Source of the DNA: Chloroflexota bacterium
Lineage (GTDB): Bacteria; Chloroflexota; Anaerolineae; Promineifilales; Promineifilaceae
Reading direction: 5' to 3'
Assembly: GCA_024275635.1 (NCBI GenBank)
Contig: JAJRYT010000114.1
Location: 28,292-92,291 of the forward strand
DNA length: 64,000 bases
Made by a program: the position numbers and the translations under genes. Each line of letters starts with the position of its first letter. Position 1 is the first letter of the stretch. Shown here piece by piece: positions 8,147 to 17,163 of the stretch. The notes under the pieces were generated by a model, which did no database searches, had not been told where the DNA came from, and worked only from the letters and a program-made list of their open reading frames with translations.

Positions 8147-8475
8147 GCCGGCGCTCGGTAACGAGCCGCCGCGGCCAGCTTAAACGCTGCCTGAGTATTG
8201 TTAACCTGCGCCGGGCGTCGGATACTGCCAGGTGTCGGATAGCTGCCAGGTTAACCGTCAATTAGGACGAAAAACCGGCAAAATGGGCAAAATATGATGA
8301 GATTTGGGATTTTATTGGGCTTATTGGCTGGATACCCCCCCGATGGGGAACCATTCCGACTCCAAAAACATTCACAATAAGCAAGGGGGCGTATAAGAGA
8401 TTAGAAAAGTATTAAGGGTTCGCTTTGTTTCCGTGTTGTTTATGTTTTTTGGGGGGAAAACGGCCGTCCCCCCCA

Positions 8476-9615
8476 TCATTTCCCATACAAAAAGCGATAA
8501 ACCACATACCCGGTATAAATCCGCTCAATATACAGCCGCGTTTCAGCGAAATTGACCGTTTCCAGGTATAAATCATGGTCATTCCCCGCCTCCTCGTACC
8601 AGATGGCGGCGTTGCCCGGCCCGGCGTTGTAAGCGGACAGCGCGGCGGCGGTGAAGCCGTCGAAGGCGCGTAACTGCTGATCCAGGTAGTAGCTGCCAAA
8701 AGTCAGACCCACGTAAGGCTTAAACAGGTCGTCATTTTCATAATCAGGCCAGGCCAGCCGCTGGGCGATGTAGGCGCCGGTGTCGGGGATGACCTGGGCC
8801 AATCCCTGCGCCGCTGCGCCGGAGCGGGCGAAGCTCTCAAACAGACTCTCCTGCCGCACCAGGGCGAATTGCAAGAGGGGGTCGTAGCCGTGTTGTTCAG
8901 CCAGGGGCAGGATGAGGTCGGCGTAGTAAGCGGGGTAAGCGAGACGGCCGATAAACATTGGCGCGTCAAACACGGTCTGGTTGGTCAGTTCAAGGACGGC
9001 CGTAGCTGCCAGAATAGAGGAGCGGTAAAGGCCCAGGTCGCGGAAGGCGAGGGCGAGCTGGTAGCTGAGCAAGGCGTCATCGGCGGTGTCGGCGCGGAGG
9101 GATTCCAGTTCTCGTTTCGCTTGTTCCCACAAGCCAGCCCGCCACAATTTTACGCCGATGATGAAGCGGGTATCTTCGACCAGCGCGTCGGATAGCGCGG
9201 AGACGTTGGTTTCCGGTTCCAGTTCTAACCAATCGCGCAGCCACGCTTCGGCTGCGGAACGGCCGTCATCCTCATCAGGCAGGTTCAAATCCGGCACAGG
9301 CGGGAAGGGGCCCGCTGCATTAGCCAGGTCGCGGGCGCGCAGCGGATAGTAGTTGGGAGCAGGGGCTAAAGCGAAAGCGAGAGCAAGCGGGTCAGTGGGG
9401 GTGATGGTTGTGGTTGCCGAAATTGTAGCCGTGGGTGTGATGGTCAGCGTGGCGGCGACGGTCGATGAGGGAACGCTGGGGCCGGTTTTGAGCAGCCAGA
9501 CGAGCGATGCCGCGCCGTATTGGGCTTCGGGGTAATTTTGGCTGGCTTGCTGCCACAAAGTGACGGCCGTTTCCCCATCTCCCCGCCTCTCCGCCAAAAA
9601 ACCGGCCCGGAACAA
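8476..9615 (-). CDS. lytic transglycosylase (SLT domain) segment; lacks its own signal peptide and continues the upstream TPR frame
   Basis: QESLFESFARSGAAAQGLAQVIPDTG...YNAGPGNA are SLT catalytic motifs. The ORF begins at a TTG one codon after an in-frame TAA. Confidence 0.8.
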   Translation of the reverse strand: MFRAGFLAERRGDGETAVTLWQQASQNYPEAQYGAASLVWLLKTGPSVPSSTVAATLTITPTATISATTTITPTDPLALAFALAPAPNYYPLRARDLANAAGPFPPVPDLNLPDEDDGRSAAEAWLRDWLELEPETNVSALSDALVEDTRFIIGVKLWRAGLWEQAKRELESLRADTADDALLSYQLALAFRDLGLYRSSILAATAVLELTNQTVFDAPMFIGRLAYPAYYADLILPLAEQHGYDPLLQFALVRQESLFESFARSGAAAQGLAQVIPDTGAYIAQRLAWPDYENDDLFKPYVGLTFGSYYLDQQLRAFDGFTAAALSAYNAGPGNAAIWYEEAGNDHDLYLETVNFAETRLYIERIYTGYVVYRFLYGK

Positions 9616-9618
9616 TGC

Positions 9619-11031
9619 TTACGGCGCGTCTTCGTGCCAGGGATACTTTTCGGCCAATGATTGGTAAAGGGTGATAGCTGTCTCTGTGCCTCCCAATCGT
9701 TCCATCAACGCCGCCGCCCACCAGGCGGCGAAGGGGGCGTCCGGGCCGTCGGGGAATTGGGCGGTGTAATCGAGGTAAAGGGTGACGGCCGTTTCCGCTT
9801 GCCCGGCGCGGGCCATCATTTTAGCCCGTTCCAGCAGCGCGCCCGCCGGCTCGATGGCCGCGTAAGCGTCCAACTGCGCCTGCGCCGCCGCCAAATCCCC
9901 CAGCGCCTCATACGACCAGGCCAGGTAAAGGTAGGCGTCGGCGCGGAAGTCGTCCGGGTTGGCGGCCAGATAGCGTTGGAAGGCGGCGATGGCCGGGTCG
10001 TAGGCGTTGGCGTAATAATCCACCAGCCCGCGCTGGAATTCGTCCACCGGCACGCCGGCCTCGACCAGGGCGACGAGGGCCAGGTAGCTTTCGTAGGCGC
10101 GGGGGTAGTCGTTGACGCCGGTCAGGTAGCGCTGGTAGGCGGCGCTGGCATCGCCGGCATTGAGGACGGCCGTTCCCGCCAGGTAAGTCATCTGCCCGCG
10201 CGTGTTTTCGGTGATGGCCAGATCGTGAATGGCGTCATACTGGGCGGCGGCGGCGGCGTAACTCTCGCCTGCCAGGTACAAATCGGCCAATGTTTGCCGG
10301 ATGGCGATGTGGGTCAGCCGGTGGGCGGGCGCGTCCAGGGCGGCTTCGTAGGCAGCGACGGCCAATTCTTGGCCGTTGGCCGTTTCCCGTTCCCCCAGCG
10401 CCAGATAATCGGCGGCAATACGCGGCTGGACATAGGCGGCCATTTCCGGGTTGGCGGCCAGATAGGCTTGATAAGCGGCGATGGCGTTCTGGTAATCGGC
10501 CGTGCCGTCGAGGGACAAGGCCAGTAGGAATCGGGTTTCGGGGGGTGGGTTATTGGTAATTAGTAATTGGGTAAATGTGTCGGCGGCGGGGGCGAAACGG
10601 CCGTCTTGCAGGTAACTTTTGCCTAAATTGAGCAGCGATTCGGTTTGTTGGGCGTCGGTTAGCGCGCCGGGTTGGCTGAGGCTGGATTCAAATTGGGAAA
10701 CGGCCGTTTCCCAATCGCCTTCCGCCAGAGCCTGCTCGCCCAGGGCGATGCGGGTGGCGGGCAGCGGCGTGGCCGTCGGCGTGGGGCTGGGCGTGAAGGT
10801 GGGCGACGGGCCGATAGTGGGCGGCGGCGGGTCGGTGGGCAGGCCAGGGATGAGGGTAGGCGTGGGCTGGGCAGCGGCGGTTGGCTCTTGCGCCAGCGGG
10901 GTGGGCGCGGACGGCGCGTCGGCGCAGGCGGCCAGCAGCCAGAGCAGGAGGAGAATGATGAATGGTGAATGATGAATGATGAATGATGAATACGGCCGTT
11001 CACCATTCACCATTCGCAATTCATCATTCAT
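9619..11031 (-). CDS. TPR-repeat lipoprotein-like protein (probable N-terminal part of a TPR-SLT transglycosylase)
   Basis: Repeated ...A.A...Y..YL...P TPR-like units. LLLLWLLAAC lipobox-like signal. The first ~25 codons are encoded by a heptamer hairpin, so the start is uncertain. Confidence 0.75.
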   Translation of the reverse strand: MNDELRMVNGERPYSSFIIHHSPFIILLLLWLLAACADAPSAPTPLAQEPTAAAQPTPTLIPGLPTDPPPPTIGPSPTFTPSPTPTATPLPATRIALGEQALAEGDWETAVSQFESSLSQPGALTDAQQTESLLNLGKSYLQDGRFAPAADTFTQLLITNNPPPETRFLLALSLDGTADYQNAIAAYQAYLAANPEMAAYVQPRIAADYLALGERETANGQELAVAAYEAALDAPAHRLTHIAIRQTLADLYLAGESYAAAAAQYDAIHDLAITENTRGQMTYLAGTAVLNAGDASAAYQRYLTGVNDYPRAYESYLALVALVEAGVPVDEFQRGLVDYYANAYDPAIAAFQRYLAANPDDFRADAYLYLAWSYEALGDLAAAQAQLDAYAAIEPAGALLERAKMMARAGQAETAVTLYLDYTAQFPDGPDAPFAAWWAAALMERLGGTETAITLYQSLAEKYPWHEDAP

Positions 11032-11032
11032 T
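10953..11032. repeat. heptamer hairpin, GAATGAT/ATTCACC family, with ACGGCCGT in the loop
   Basis: gaatgatgaatggtgaatgatgaatgatgaatgatgaat-acggccgt-tcaccattcaccattcgcaattcatcattcatt. Confidence 0.85.
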
Positions 11033-11869
11033 ACTTCCTCTTCGTCCGGTTAGCAGTTCCAGCCCCAGGTACAGGGGAGCTAACTGTATCAGTCCCAGCC
11101 AGACGAGGATGATGGCAGCGCCTGTTTTAATCGTGCTGATCTGAGTCTGGAGGCCGGCGCGGGATTGGCGGATGGCGTCGCTGAGTTCGGTAACGAGGCG
11201 AATGTAGTCGTCTATTAAAGCAGGAAGTTCGGCGATACGGCCGTTAATGTTCTCCAAATCCCCGGCAATTGTTTCCATGTCCGCGCTGATGGCAGCCAGA
11301 TTTTCGTCGGCAACAGCCATTTCCGCTCCCAGATTTTCCAATCGTTCCGGCAGGCCGTCCATGCTGCTGCCCAGGCTGATGACGGTTTCGTCGAAGGGGA
11401 CGGAGGGATCGTAGTTGATGCCTAAATCGTACTGGATTTTGAAGCCGAGGATTTCTTGGTCAATGCGGAATTTGCTCAGGGTGACGAGGGTGCTGTCAAT
11501 AACGGCGGCGGCTTCGGCCATATTGGGGATGGCGGCCTGCATGGTGCGGATGCTGGCGGGGACGTCTTCGCTGGTAACGGCCGTCACTTCATCCAGTAAC
11601 GGCCGTGTCTCCTCCATCGTCGTCCCCAAATCGGCCGCCAATGCGCTGACCGAATCCAGACCGTTGTTGGTCTCTTCCACCGTTCTTTTGGCCAGCGCCA
11701 GCGAATCTTGCACCGTATCCAGGCTTTCGACCGTCAGGGCCAGTGTGTTGTCCAAACTAGCGCCGACGGCGTTAATTACGCTGGGCGCTTTTCGGGTTCC
11801 GGCAATGCTCAAGGCCACACCGATTAAGCTGATGAGGATGATAACTGTGCCAATCAATTTGCGAATCAT
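11024..11869 (-). CDS. hypothetical membrane protein with long coiled-coil-like ectodomain
   Basis: N- and C-terminal hydrophobic helices. Central Ala/Leu/Asp/Glu-rich helical region. No domain recognised. Confidence 0.6.
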   Translation of the reverse strand: MIRKLIGTVIILISLIGVALSIAGTRKAPSVINAVGASLDNTLALTVESLDTVQDSLALAKRTVEETNNGLDSVSALAADLGTTMEETRPLLDEVTAVTSEDVPASIRTMQAAIPNMAEAAAVIDSTLVTLSKFRIDQEILGFKIQYDLGINYDPSVPFDETVISLGSSMDGLPERLENLGAEMAVADENLAAISADMETIAGDLENINGRIAELPALIDDYIRLVTELSDAIRQSRAGLQTQISTIKTGAAIILVWLGLIQLAPLYLGLELLTGRRGSNE

Positions 11870-11942
11870 GTGCTTCTCCTGATGTGCTGCGTAATACTCG
11901 GTTTGTCCACAGAATGTGCGTTATGCGCGTTGATTTTTTGCC

Positions 11943-12003
11943 ACGAATTTCACGAATTGCACGAATTAAAACCGTCTAAATTCGTGCAATTCGTGAAATT
12001 CGT
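11943..12003. repeat. perfect 25-bp-stem hairpin built from 9-mer CACGAATTN repeats
   Basis: acgaatttcacgaattgcacgaatt / aattcgtgcaattcgtgaaattcgt. Related copy at 31495-31543. Confidence 0.85.
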
Positions 12004-12042
12004 AGCAGAGATTTTTGATTGCGGCTCTGCTGCGATATGTAT

Positions 12043-12327
12043 TTACGCAGCACGTTCGTACAATGTTTGCCGCCGCCGCCGAAATTCTGGGGAATCGCGC
12101 AGGTCGGCGCTGTGGCTGAACTGGTCAATGCTGCCGGTTAGCAAGTATAGCCAAACATCGCGCGGAAAGCAGGCCAGTTTTTGCCGGATCGGTTCCAGTT
12201 GGCCCAATCCGTCGCTAAAGAGCGCGCCCTGCGTTACGCCGAGTAGATGCTGCTGGGCGAAGTGGTAAAACATCTCATTCAATTTGAGGCCGGGAATAAA
12301 TTTAGGCATTGACACTCTTGTAGTCAA
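12043..12327 (-). pseudogene. short gene fragment, possibly a DUF4037-like remnant
   Basis: 94-aa ORF with ...CFPRDVWLYLLTGS..., which recalls the DUF4037 core. Far shorter than that family. Weak recognition. Confidence 0.3.
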
Positions 12328-12365
12328 GTAGTCGGGTGGTCAGGTATCTCTCGAATTCCTAATCT

Positions 12366-13025
12366 CTAGTCGCCAGTCTTTAGCTGGTAGACAGCGCCGG
12401 TTACTCCTTCGTATTGGAGGTTGGCGAGGGTTTGGGCAACGGCCGTTCTATCCAGTTCCCCCGTATTGGCCGTCAATTCTAACGCCTGCCATAACAGTTG
12501 AAACGCATCGTAAGCCGAAGCGGCATACGGCCCGGCCGTTTCGTCAAACGGGGTGACGGCCTCGTAAGCCTGGGTGAAATCGGCGGGCAGCAGGGCCGGG
12601 TCGTATTGGCCGATGGGAGCCTCTCCGGCGGGGAGAAAGGGCAGTCTGGCGGCGGCGTAGATGGGCGCGGCGGCCTGTGTCGTGTCCGGCTGCCAGTGCC
12701 CGATGACGGCGACGACGGCCGTATCAATGACGAGCGATTGGGCAACTTCCTGCGCCAACTCCGGGTCGCCGCCGTCGTCCAGCGCCACTAGAGCTACCCG
12801 ATAGCCGCCAATTCCGCCCGCTGCATTAATCTGGCGCACCGCCAGCCGGGCGCTGTAAATCACATCATATCCCACCGCCCGTTGCTGCCCCTCAAACGGC
12901 GCAACCAGGCCGATTTTGACGACAGGGGCGACGCTGGCGCAACTTGTGAGGAGGGAAAGGATTAATAGATTAAAGATTAAAGGATTGAAGATTGAAAATT
13001 GAAGATTGGACGATATTTTAATCAT
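12366..13025 (-). CDS. short periplasmic binding protein (type I, LivK/amide-binding-like), probably truncated
   Basis: VKIGLVAPFEGQQRAVGYDVIYSARLAVRQINAAGGIGGYRVALVALDDGGDP is a type I PBP N-lobe. Only ~220 aa. The signal peptide is encoded by a heptamer repeat. Confidence 0.6.
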   Translation of the reverse strand: MIKISSNLQFSIFNPLIFNLLILSLLTSCASVAPVVKIGLVAPFEGQQRAVGYDVIYSARLAVRQINAAGGIGGYRVALVALDDGGDPELAQEVAQSLVIDTAVVAVIGHWQPDTTQAAAPIYAAARLPFLPAGEAPIGQYDPALLPADFTQAYEAVTPFDETAGPYAASAYDAFQLLWQALELTANTGELDRTAVAQTLANLQYEGVTGAVYQLKTGD

Positions 13026-13047
13026 TAATCCCCAATCTTCAATCTTT
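12961..13047. repeat. heptamer hairpin, GATTGAA/TCAATCT family
   Basis: gattaaagattaaaggattgaagattgaaaattgaagattgg ... ccaatcttcaatctttt. Confidence 0.8.
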
Positions 13048-14133
13048 TCAACGACAACGTTCCACATTAGCCAGATGCTCCTCATAGGTGATGCTGAAAA
13101 CGTGGCTGCCGGGGGTAACGGCCGTACAGTCCACGACGAAAAAAATAAATTCAGTTTGTGTCGGTTCGGCGACGGCTTGCAGAGAAGCCAGCCCCGGATT
13201 GGCGATGGGGCCGGGCGGCAGACCAGCAGTGGCGTAGGTGTTGTAGGGGGAGTCCAGCGCCAAATCTTCCAAATAGAGCGGCGTTTTCCACCATTGGCTC
13301 GTATCCGGTTGGTAGCCGAGGGCGTATTGGATGGTGGGGTCGGCTTCCAGGCGCATCCCCTGATGGAGACGGTTGAAGAAGACGCTGGCGATGAACGGCC
13401 GTTCCCCATCCACTACCGCCTCCCGTTCCACAATCGAAGCTAAAACGACCGCCTCGCGCAGGGATAACCCGTTCACGCCAAACGCCTGCCGCAGCGCCGG
13501 GGTCACGCGGCGGCCAAAATTTTGCAGCAGCGCGTCTACCAGATAAGCAGCGTCGGCGTCGGGTGGGACGCGGTAGGTGTCGGGGAAAAGATAGCCTTCC
13601 AGCGTGGCATCCTGTGGCAGGGAAGCCAGAAAATCATAGGTGGAGAGGTCAAAAGGAGCTTGTCTTCGTGTAATCATTAGGAATTGATCGGCATCAATGG
13701 CTGCGGGGCGGGTTTCGGCCAGGGAGGCGGCCATCTCTTCCAACCGCCAGCCTTCGACGAAGCGCAGTTCGATTTCTCGTTTACGGCCGTCGGTCAGCGC
13801 GGCGGCCAGTTCGGGGATGCTCATTTGTGGTGAGAGGGTGAAGTCGCCCGCCTCAAGCTGGGCGTCCAGGCCGTGATAGCGGGCGTAGCGGCGGAACAGG
13901 TCGGCGTCGTTGAGCAGCCCGGCGGCAGACAGGTTGGCGGCGATGGAGTCGGCCGTTTCTCCGGGGGCGATGGTGAAATCGACGGGTAAGCTGCCATCCC
14001 CGGCTGGCTTTTGTAACTGTTCTTGCCGCGATGACAGCCAGGTTTGCAAGTAGATGCGTTCGATAGGATTGAGGGCGGGGTTGTTTGTGGTGGGAGCGGC
14101 GCGCAGGATGAGGAGGAGAACGACCGCGCCCAA
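13048..14133 (-). CDS. mltG: endolytic murein transglycosylase MltG (YceG family)
   Basis: LASIVEREA...IASVFFNRL...ADPTIQYA...YNTYATAGLPPGPIANPGLASLQAV are YceG/MltG motifs. TTG start in the track. The N-terminus may be longer. Confidence 0.85.
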   Translation of the reverse strand: MGAVVLLLILRAAPTTNNPALNPIERIYLQTWLSSRQEQLQKPAGDGSLPVDFTIAPGETADSIAANLSAAGLLNDADLFRRYARYHGLDAQLEAGDFTLSPQMSIPELAAALTDGRKREIELRFVEGWRLEEMAASLAETRPAAIDADQFLMITRRQAPFDLSTYDFLASLPQDATLEGYLFPDTYRVPPDADAAYLVDALLQNFGRRVTPALRQAFGVNGLSLREAVVLASIVEREAVVDGERPFIASVFFNRLHQGMRLEADPTIQYALGYQPDTSQWWKTPLYLEDLALDSPYNTYATAGLPPGPIANPGLASLQAVAEPTQTEFIFFVVDCTAVTPGSHVFSITYEEHLANVERCR

Positions 14134-14221
14134 TCCTGCCAGCGCCGTCAGCCCTCCGCCGGTCCGAATCCAACAGCCAAGTCGTTTTTTGTTGATGAAG
14201 CCCTCCGTTCTCGTAACCCGT

Positions 14222-14279
14222 TTTCCGTAATCCGTGCTTTGTACTTAGACGATGGTTTACGGATTATGGTCTACGGATC
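14222..14279. repeat. hairpin, TACGGAT/ATCCGTA family
   Basis: ccgtaatccgt ... acggattatgg...ctacggatc, between the ruvX stop and the mltG start. Confidence 0.55.
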
Positions 14280-14706
14280 ACCGATGCGCGTCCAAATAAT
14301 TTTGCAAAATAAACGCCGCCGCCACCGCATCCACCCGCGCTGTGGCCTTTTTGCCACGAATGTTGCGGGCGCGCAGACTGGCTTCCGCTTCTACCGTCGT
14401 CAGGCTCTCATCCCAAAATTCAATGGGGATGGTGAGGCGCTGCCGCAAATCGGCGGCGTAATTGCGCACCCAGGCCGTTTTTTGGCTGTCCGCGCCGCCC
14501 AGGGTGATGGGCAGGCCGACGACAAGCAGGGTGATTTTTTGCTCGGCGATGATGGCTTGGTAGCGGGCAAAATCTTCCACCCGCGATTTGCGTTTGAGGA
14601 CGGCATATGATTTGGCAATCAGCTGCAGCTCATCGCTGACGGCGACGCCGATTCGTTTTTCGCCTAAGTCCAGGGCCATGATGCGGCCTTTGAGTTCAAA
14701 CATCAT
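14278..14706 (-). CDS. ruvX: Holliday junction resolvase-like RuvX/YqgF
   Basis: GRIMALDLGEKRIGVAVSD... plus ~140 aa length is typical of YqgF/RuvX. Confidence 0.85.
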   Translation of the reverse strand: MMFELKGRIMALDLGEKRIGVAVSDELQLIAKSYAVLKRKSRVEDFARYQAIIAEQKITLLVVGLPITLGGADSQKTAWVRNYAADLRQRLTIPIEFWDESLTTVEAEASLRARNIRGKKATARVDAVAAAFILQNYLDAHR

Positions 14707-14709
14707 AAT

Positions 14710-14755
14710 TAAGGATTGATGATTGACGCTGCTTTAATCATCAATCTTCAATCTC
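14710..14755. repeat. heptamer hairpin, GATTGA/TCAATC family
   Basis: gattgatgatt ... aatcatcaatcttcaatc. Confidence 0.7.
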
Positions 14756-14934
14756 GAATTTTCCCAGATAACGGCCGTTTTCACTTGCCGCTTGCCCTAC
14801 GGTTGTCCGATTCCGGGTGAGAAAAAGAAGTGTAACGGCCGTTCTCCTACCTGACAAGAGTCCCGCCAAAAGATTAAACCAAAATGAACCGGATAAATTA
14901 GGCCAGTCCATCTGATCCATTACCGCAGGAGTAT

Positions 14935-14970
14935 GGAGATTGGGAGATTTAATCTCTTAATCTCCCAATC
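14935..14970. repeat. hairpin, GGAGATT/AATCTCC family
   Basis: gattgggagatt / aatctcccaatc, a perfect 12-bp stem. Confidence 0.8.
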
Positions 14971-14977
14971 GCTTCCT

Positions 14978-16522
14978 TCATTCACCGGGCCGGATGTTGG
15001 TTTGAATGCGGCTGGTTAAATAGGGCAGGCGGTGGAACCAGAGCGGCCGGATTTCAATTTCGGGCGGCGCTTGCAAGGGTAACTGCCGGTTAAGATAGGC
15101 GACGGCCGTTTCCGTTTCTTGTCCGGCGATGGCTTTCAAGTCGGCGGCTAACTCCATCTCAATCGCCATCATTCCTTCGCCAGTCATCAGGAAAGTCACA
15201 TTACCAGCCTCGTCGGCGCTGACGACCTGGCTTTCGCCAAACCGGATGCTGTCGGGAACCAGGCTGAAGCCGGGCGTTATCTGTCGGGCCAGGGCTTCGT
15301 ATACCAGACCAGAGGCGGCGGTGGTATCAACGGCCGTCCCTTGCAGCGCCGCTTCCATTTCCACGCCCAGCCGTTCGGTCTGCTCACCTACCGCGTGCGA
15401 AAATCGTTCGCTGAATATCTCCACCACGCGCAGCGACTCCCGCGCTAAAAATTCCCGTTCCGTGATCTGGGTTTCCATTTCTGACAGGGCCACCGCTTGC
15501 AAAAATTGCAGCGCTTGTGAGCGCAGACGGGCGACATCAGCTTCAGAAACGGCCGTGACCGCTTGCACCGCCCCGCCTACCATTGGGGCCGGGTTACGGA
15601 CTTTGACTCGTTCGGCCAGCGGTTCGGACAAAATCGTGATGGTTTCTCTGGTCACATTCCCCTGCGGGCCGGGTTCCAGGGCGATAACGTCTGTTTCGGC
15701 CGTGCCGCCGGCGACGCCCACAACGATCACTTCTTCTACAGTCTGGAAGGCGATGTCGCTGCCGTCGTTGGCGCGGATGATGGTTCCGGCGGGGATGGCG
15801 ACCGTTTCGCTGGTGACGTTGGTGAAGACGATGCGCCCGCGGCCCGGGGCGGTGGGCACATCAATCACGCCTGTCGTTTCAATCTCGGTTTTCCAGGTTT
15901 GGGTGATGGTAAGCAGGCGGGCGGGGATGGTGTTTTGCGCGTAGTCAATATCGGAGAAGGTGGGGACGGCCGTAATTTGCTGAACGGCCGTCAGCGGTTG
16001 TACAATTGGTTCCAGCGTAATCGTGGCGCGGGGAACCAGATACAAAAAGGAGATAACGGCCAGCGCGCCAGCCACAAAAAAGAGCAAAATCGCCGCATAC
16101 CGGATGAGCCATTGGCGCGGCGTGATAACCGGTGCGGGCAGCAGTTCCCCGTCATCGTCGGCCTCAGTCTGGTGCGGTTTGCCGTCGTCCAGCGGTTCGC
16201 CGTAGGTGGGCAGGCCCAGCCGTGCCTGCCGCCGCCTGCCGCGCCACCAGCCGCGGCGGCTCGTTTCCGCTTCGGCGACGCTGGCGAAGGCAGGCAGCCC
16301 CACCGCCCGCGCCTGTCGTGATAATTGGCGATTGGTTGTGACTAGGCCGACTTCAACCCGGTTCCTGTCCGCGTAACGGCGCAGGCGGATGAGAGAGAGG
16401 GGGGGGAGAACGGCCGTTTCTTCCTCCGGCAGGACAAACAACACCCGCTTTTCATCCGACCAATCCAGCCGATCACACACGGAGATGATGTCGTCGTCGG
16501 GGGTGAGGGAGATTACTTTCAT
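14978..16522 (-). CDS. hypothetical membrane protein (central region weakly baseplate J/gp47-like)
   Basis: 514-aa ORF with one TM helix. GRIVFTNVTSETVAIPAGTIIRA...ALEPGPQGNV recalls baseplate-J-like proteins. Weak recognition. Confidence 0.6.
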   Translation of the reverse strand: MKVISLTPDDDIISVCDRLDWSDEKRVLFVLPEEETAVLPPLSLIRLRRYADRNRVEVGLVTTNRQLSRQARAVGLPAFASVAEAETSRRGWWRGRRRQARLGLPTYGEPLDDGKPHQTEADDDGELLPAPVITPRQWLIRYAAILLFFVAGALAVISFLYLVPRATITLEPIVQPLTAVQQITAVPTFSDIDYAQNTIPARLLTITQTWKTEIETTGVIDVPTAPGRGRIVFTNVTSETVAIPAGTIIRANDGSDIAFQTVEEVIVVGVAGGTAETDVIALEPGPQGNVTRETITILSEPLAERVKVRNPAPMVGGAVQAVTAVSEADVARLRSQALQFLQAVALSEMETQITEREFLARESLRVVEIFSERFSHAVGEQTERLGVEMEAALQGTAVDTTAASGLVYEALARQITPGFSLVPDSIRFGESQVVSADEAGNVTFLMTGEGMMAIEMELAADLKAIAGQETETAVAYLNRQLPLQAPPEIEIRPLWFHRLPYLTSRIQTNIRPGE

Positions 16523-17163
16523 TCTTGGTTCAAAAGCAGCGTAATAGCGAGAAGGTTAACCGCATCATAATTTTTTAACCGTTTTCGCAGCCAATACCCG
16601 TGCTCTACACCGACTAAAACTAACAATCGCTTTCCAGGATACTTTTGTACGGTTTGCAATACTACGTCGAGGAAATGCTGATTCCACCCATCCCAACCTT
16701 GTTGTTCCTTTGCGCCGTAAATTTCATTTTGGAGGGCATGTTTGGCTGCAAACAACGAATCGGTGAGGGGTGAATTTACCGCGACTGGGGAATCCCAAGT
16801 TTTCAAAAGTAGTTCAAGCAACGCGCTAACATAATTCCCAAAGGCTTCTTCCTTTTCGACATCAATTTCTTGAGCTTCTGATTCGCGTATCAGTTTAACA
16901 AGTTCAGAGAATTTTGGCTCGGCGGGTTCGAGAGGGACAACCACAGAATTATGTTTTTTCAGCAAGGGGAAAACGCTCTTTTGATACTCTTGCTTGATTT
17001 TTTGCTCTTTTTGTTGCGTCAGATCGCTGGAGGTGAGTTCCACAGCCAATACGTGCGGTTTAATGCCTTCGATGATTTCCGACAGTTTGGTGAAGCTATA
17101 ATTGGCCACCGAATCATGAAATTGGTGCAGCGTTGCCAGTACGATTACTTCAGTTTTAATCAT
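16519..17163 (-). CDS. hypothetical protein (possibly TraB/Tiki/DUF5694-like)
   Basis: AT-richer ORF. VIVLATLHQFH...LAVEL...VLVGVEHGYW is reminiscent of TraB/GumN-type erythromycin-esterase-like folds. ATGA overlaps on both sides. Confidence 0.5.
   Translation of the reverse strand: MIKTEVIVLATLHQFHDSVANYSFTKLSEIIEGIKPHVLAVELTSSDLTQQKEQKIKQEYQKSVFPLLKKHNSVVVPLEPAEPKFSELVKLIRESEAQEIDVEKEEAFGNYVSALLELLLKTWDSPVAVNSPLTDSLFAAKHALQNEIYGAKEQQGWDGWNQHFLDVVLQTVQKYPGKRLLVLVGVEHGYWLRKRLKNYDAVNLLAITLLLNQE

Noticed and set aside
8055-8261. 68-aa ORF overlapping the TIR-EAD start by TAATG (possible coupled regulator)
   Set aside because: It starts at TTG and has an Arg-rich, low-complexity composition. 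It spans the likely promoter of the TIR gene, and the plausible -10 box lies inside it, so it would not be on the mRNA.
9619-9621. Programmed recoding (selenocysteine/pyrrolysine) at the in-frame stop of the TPR-SLT gene
   Set aside because: The stop is TAA, not TGA or TAG, and no SECIS-like structure is evident.
13026-13409. N-terminal extension of the binding-protein ORF (track 12366-13409)
   Set aside because: The extension overlaps the 3' part of mltG in another frame and is Pro/Arg/Trp-rich. A sensible signal-peptide start exists at 13025.
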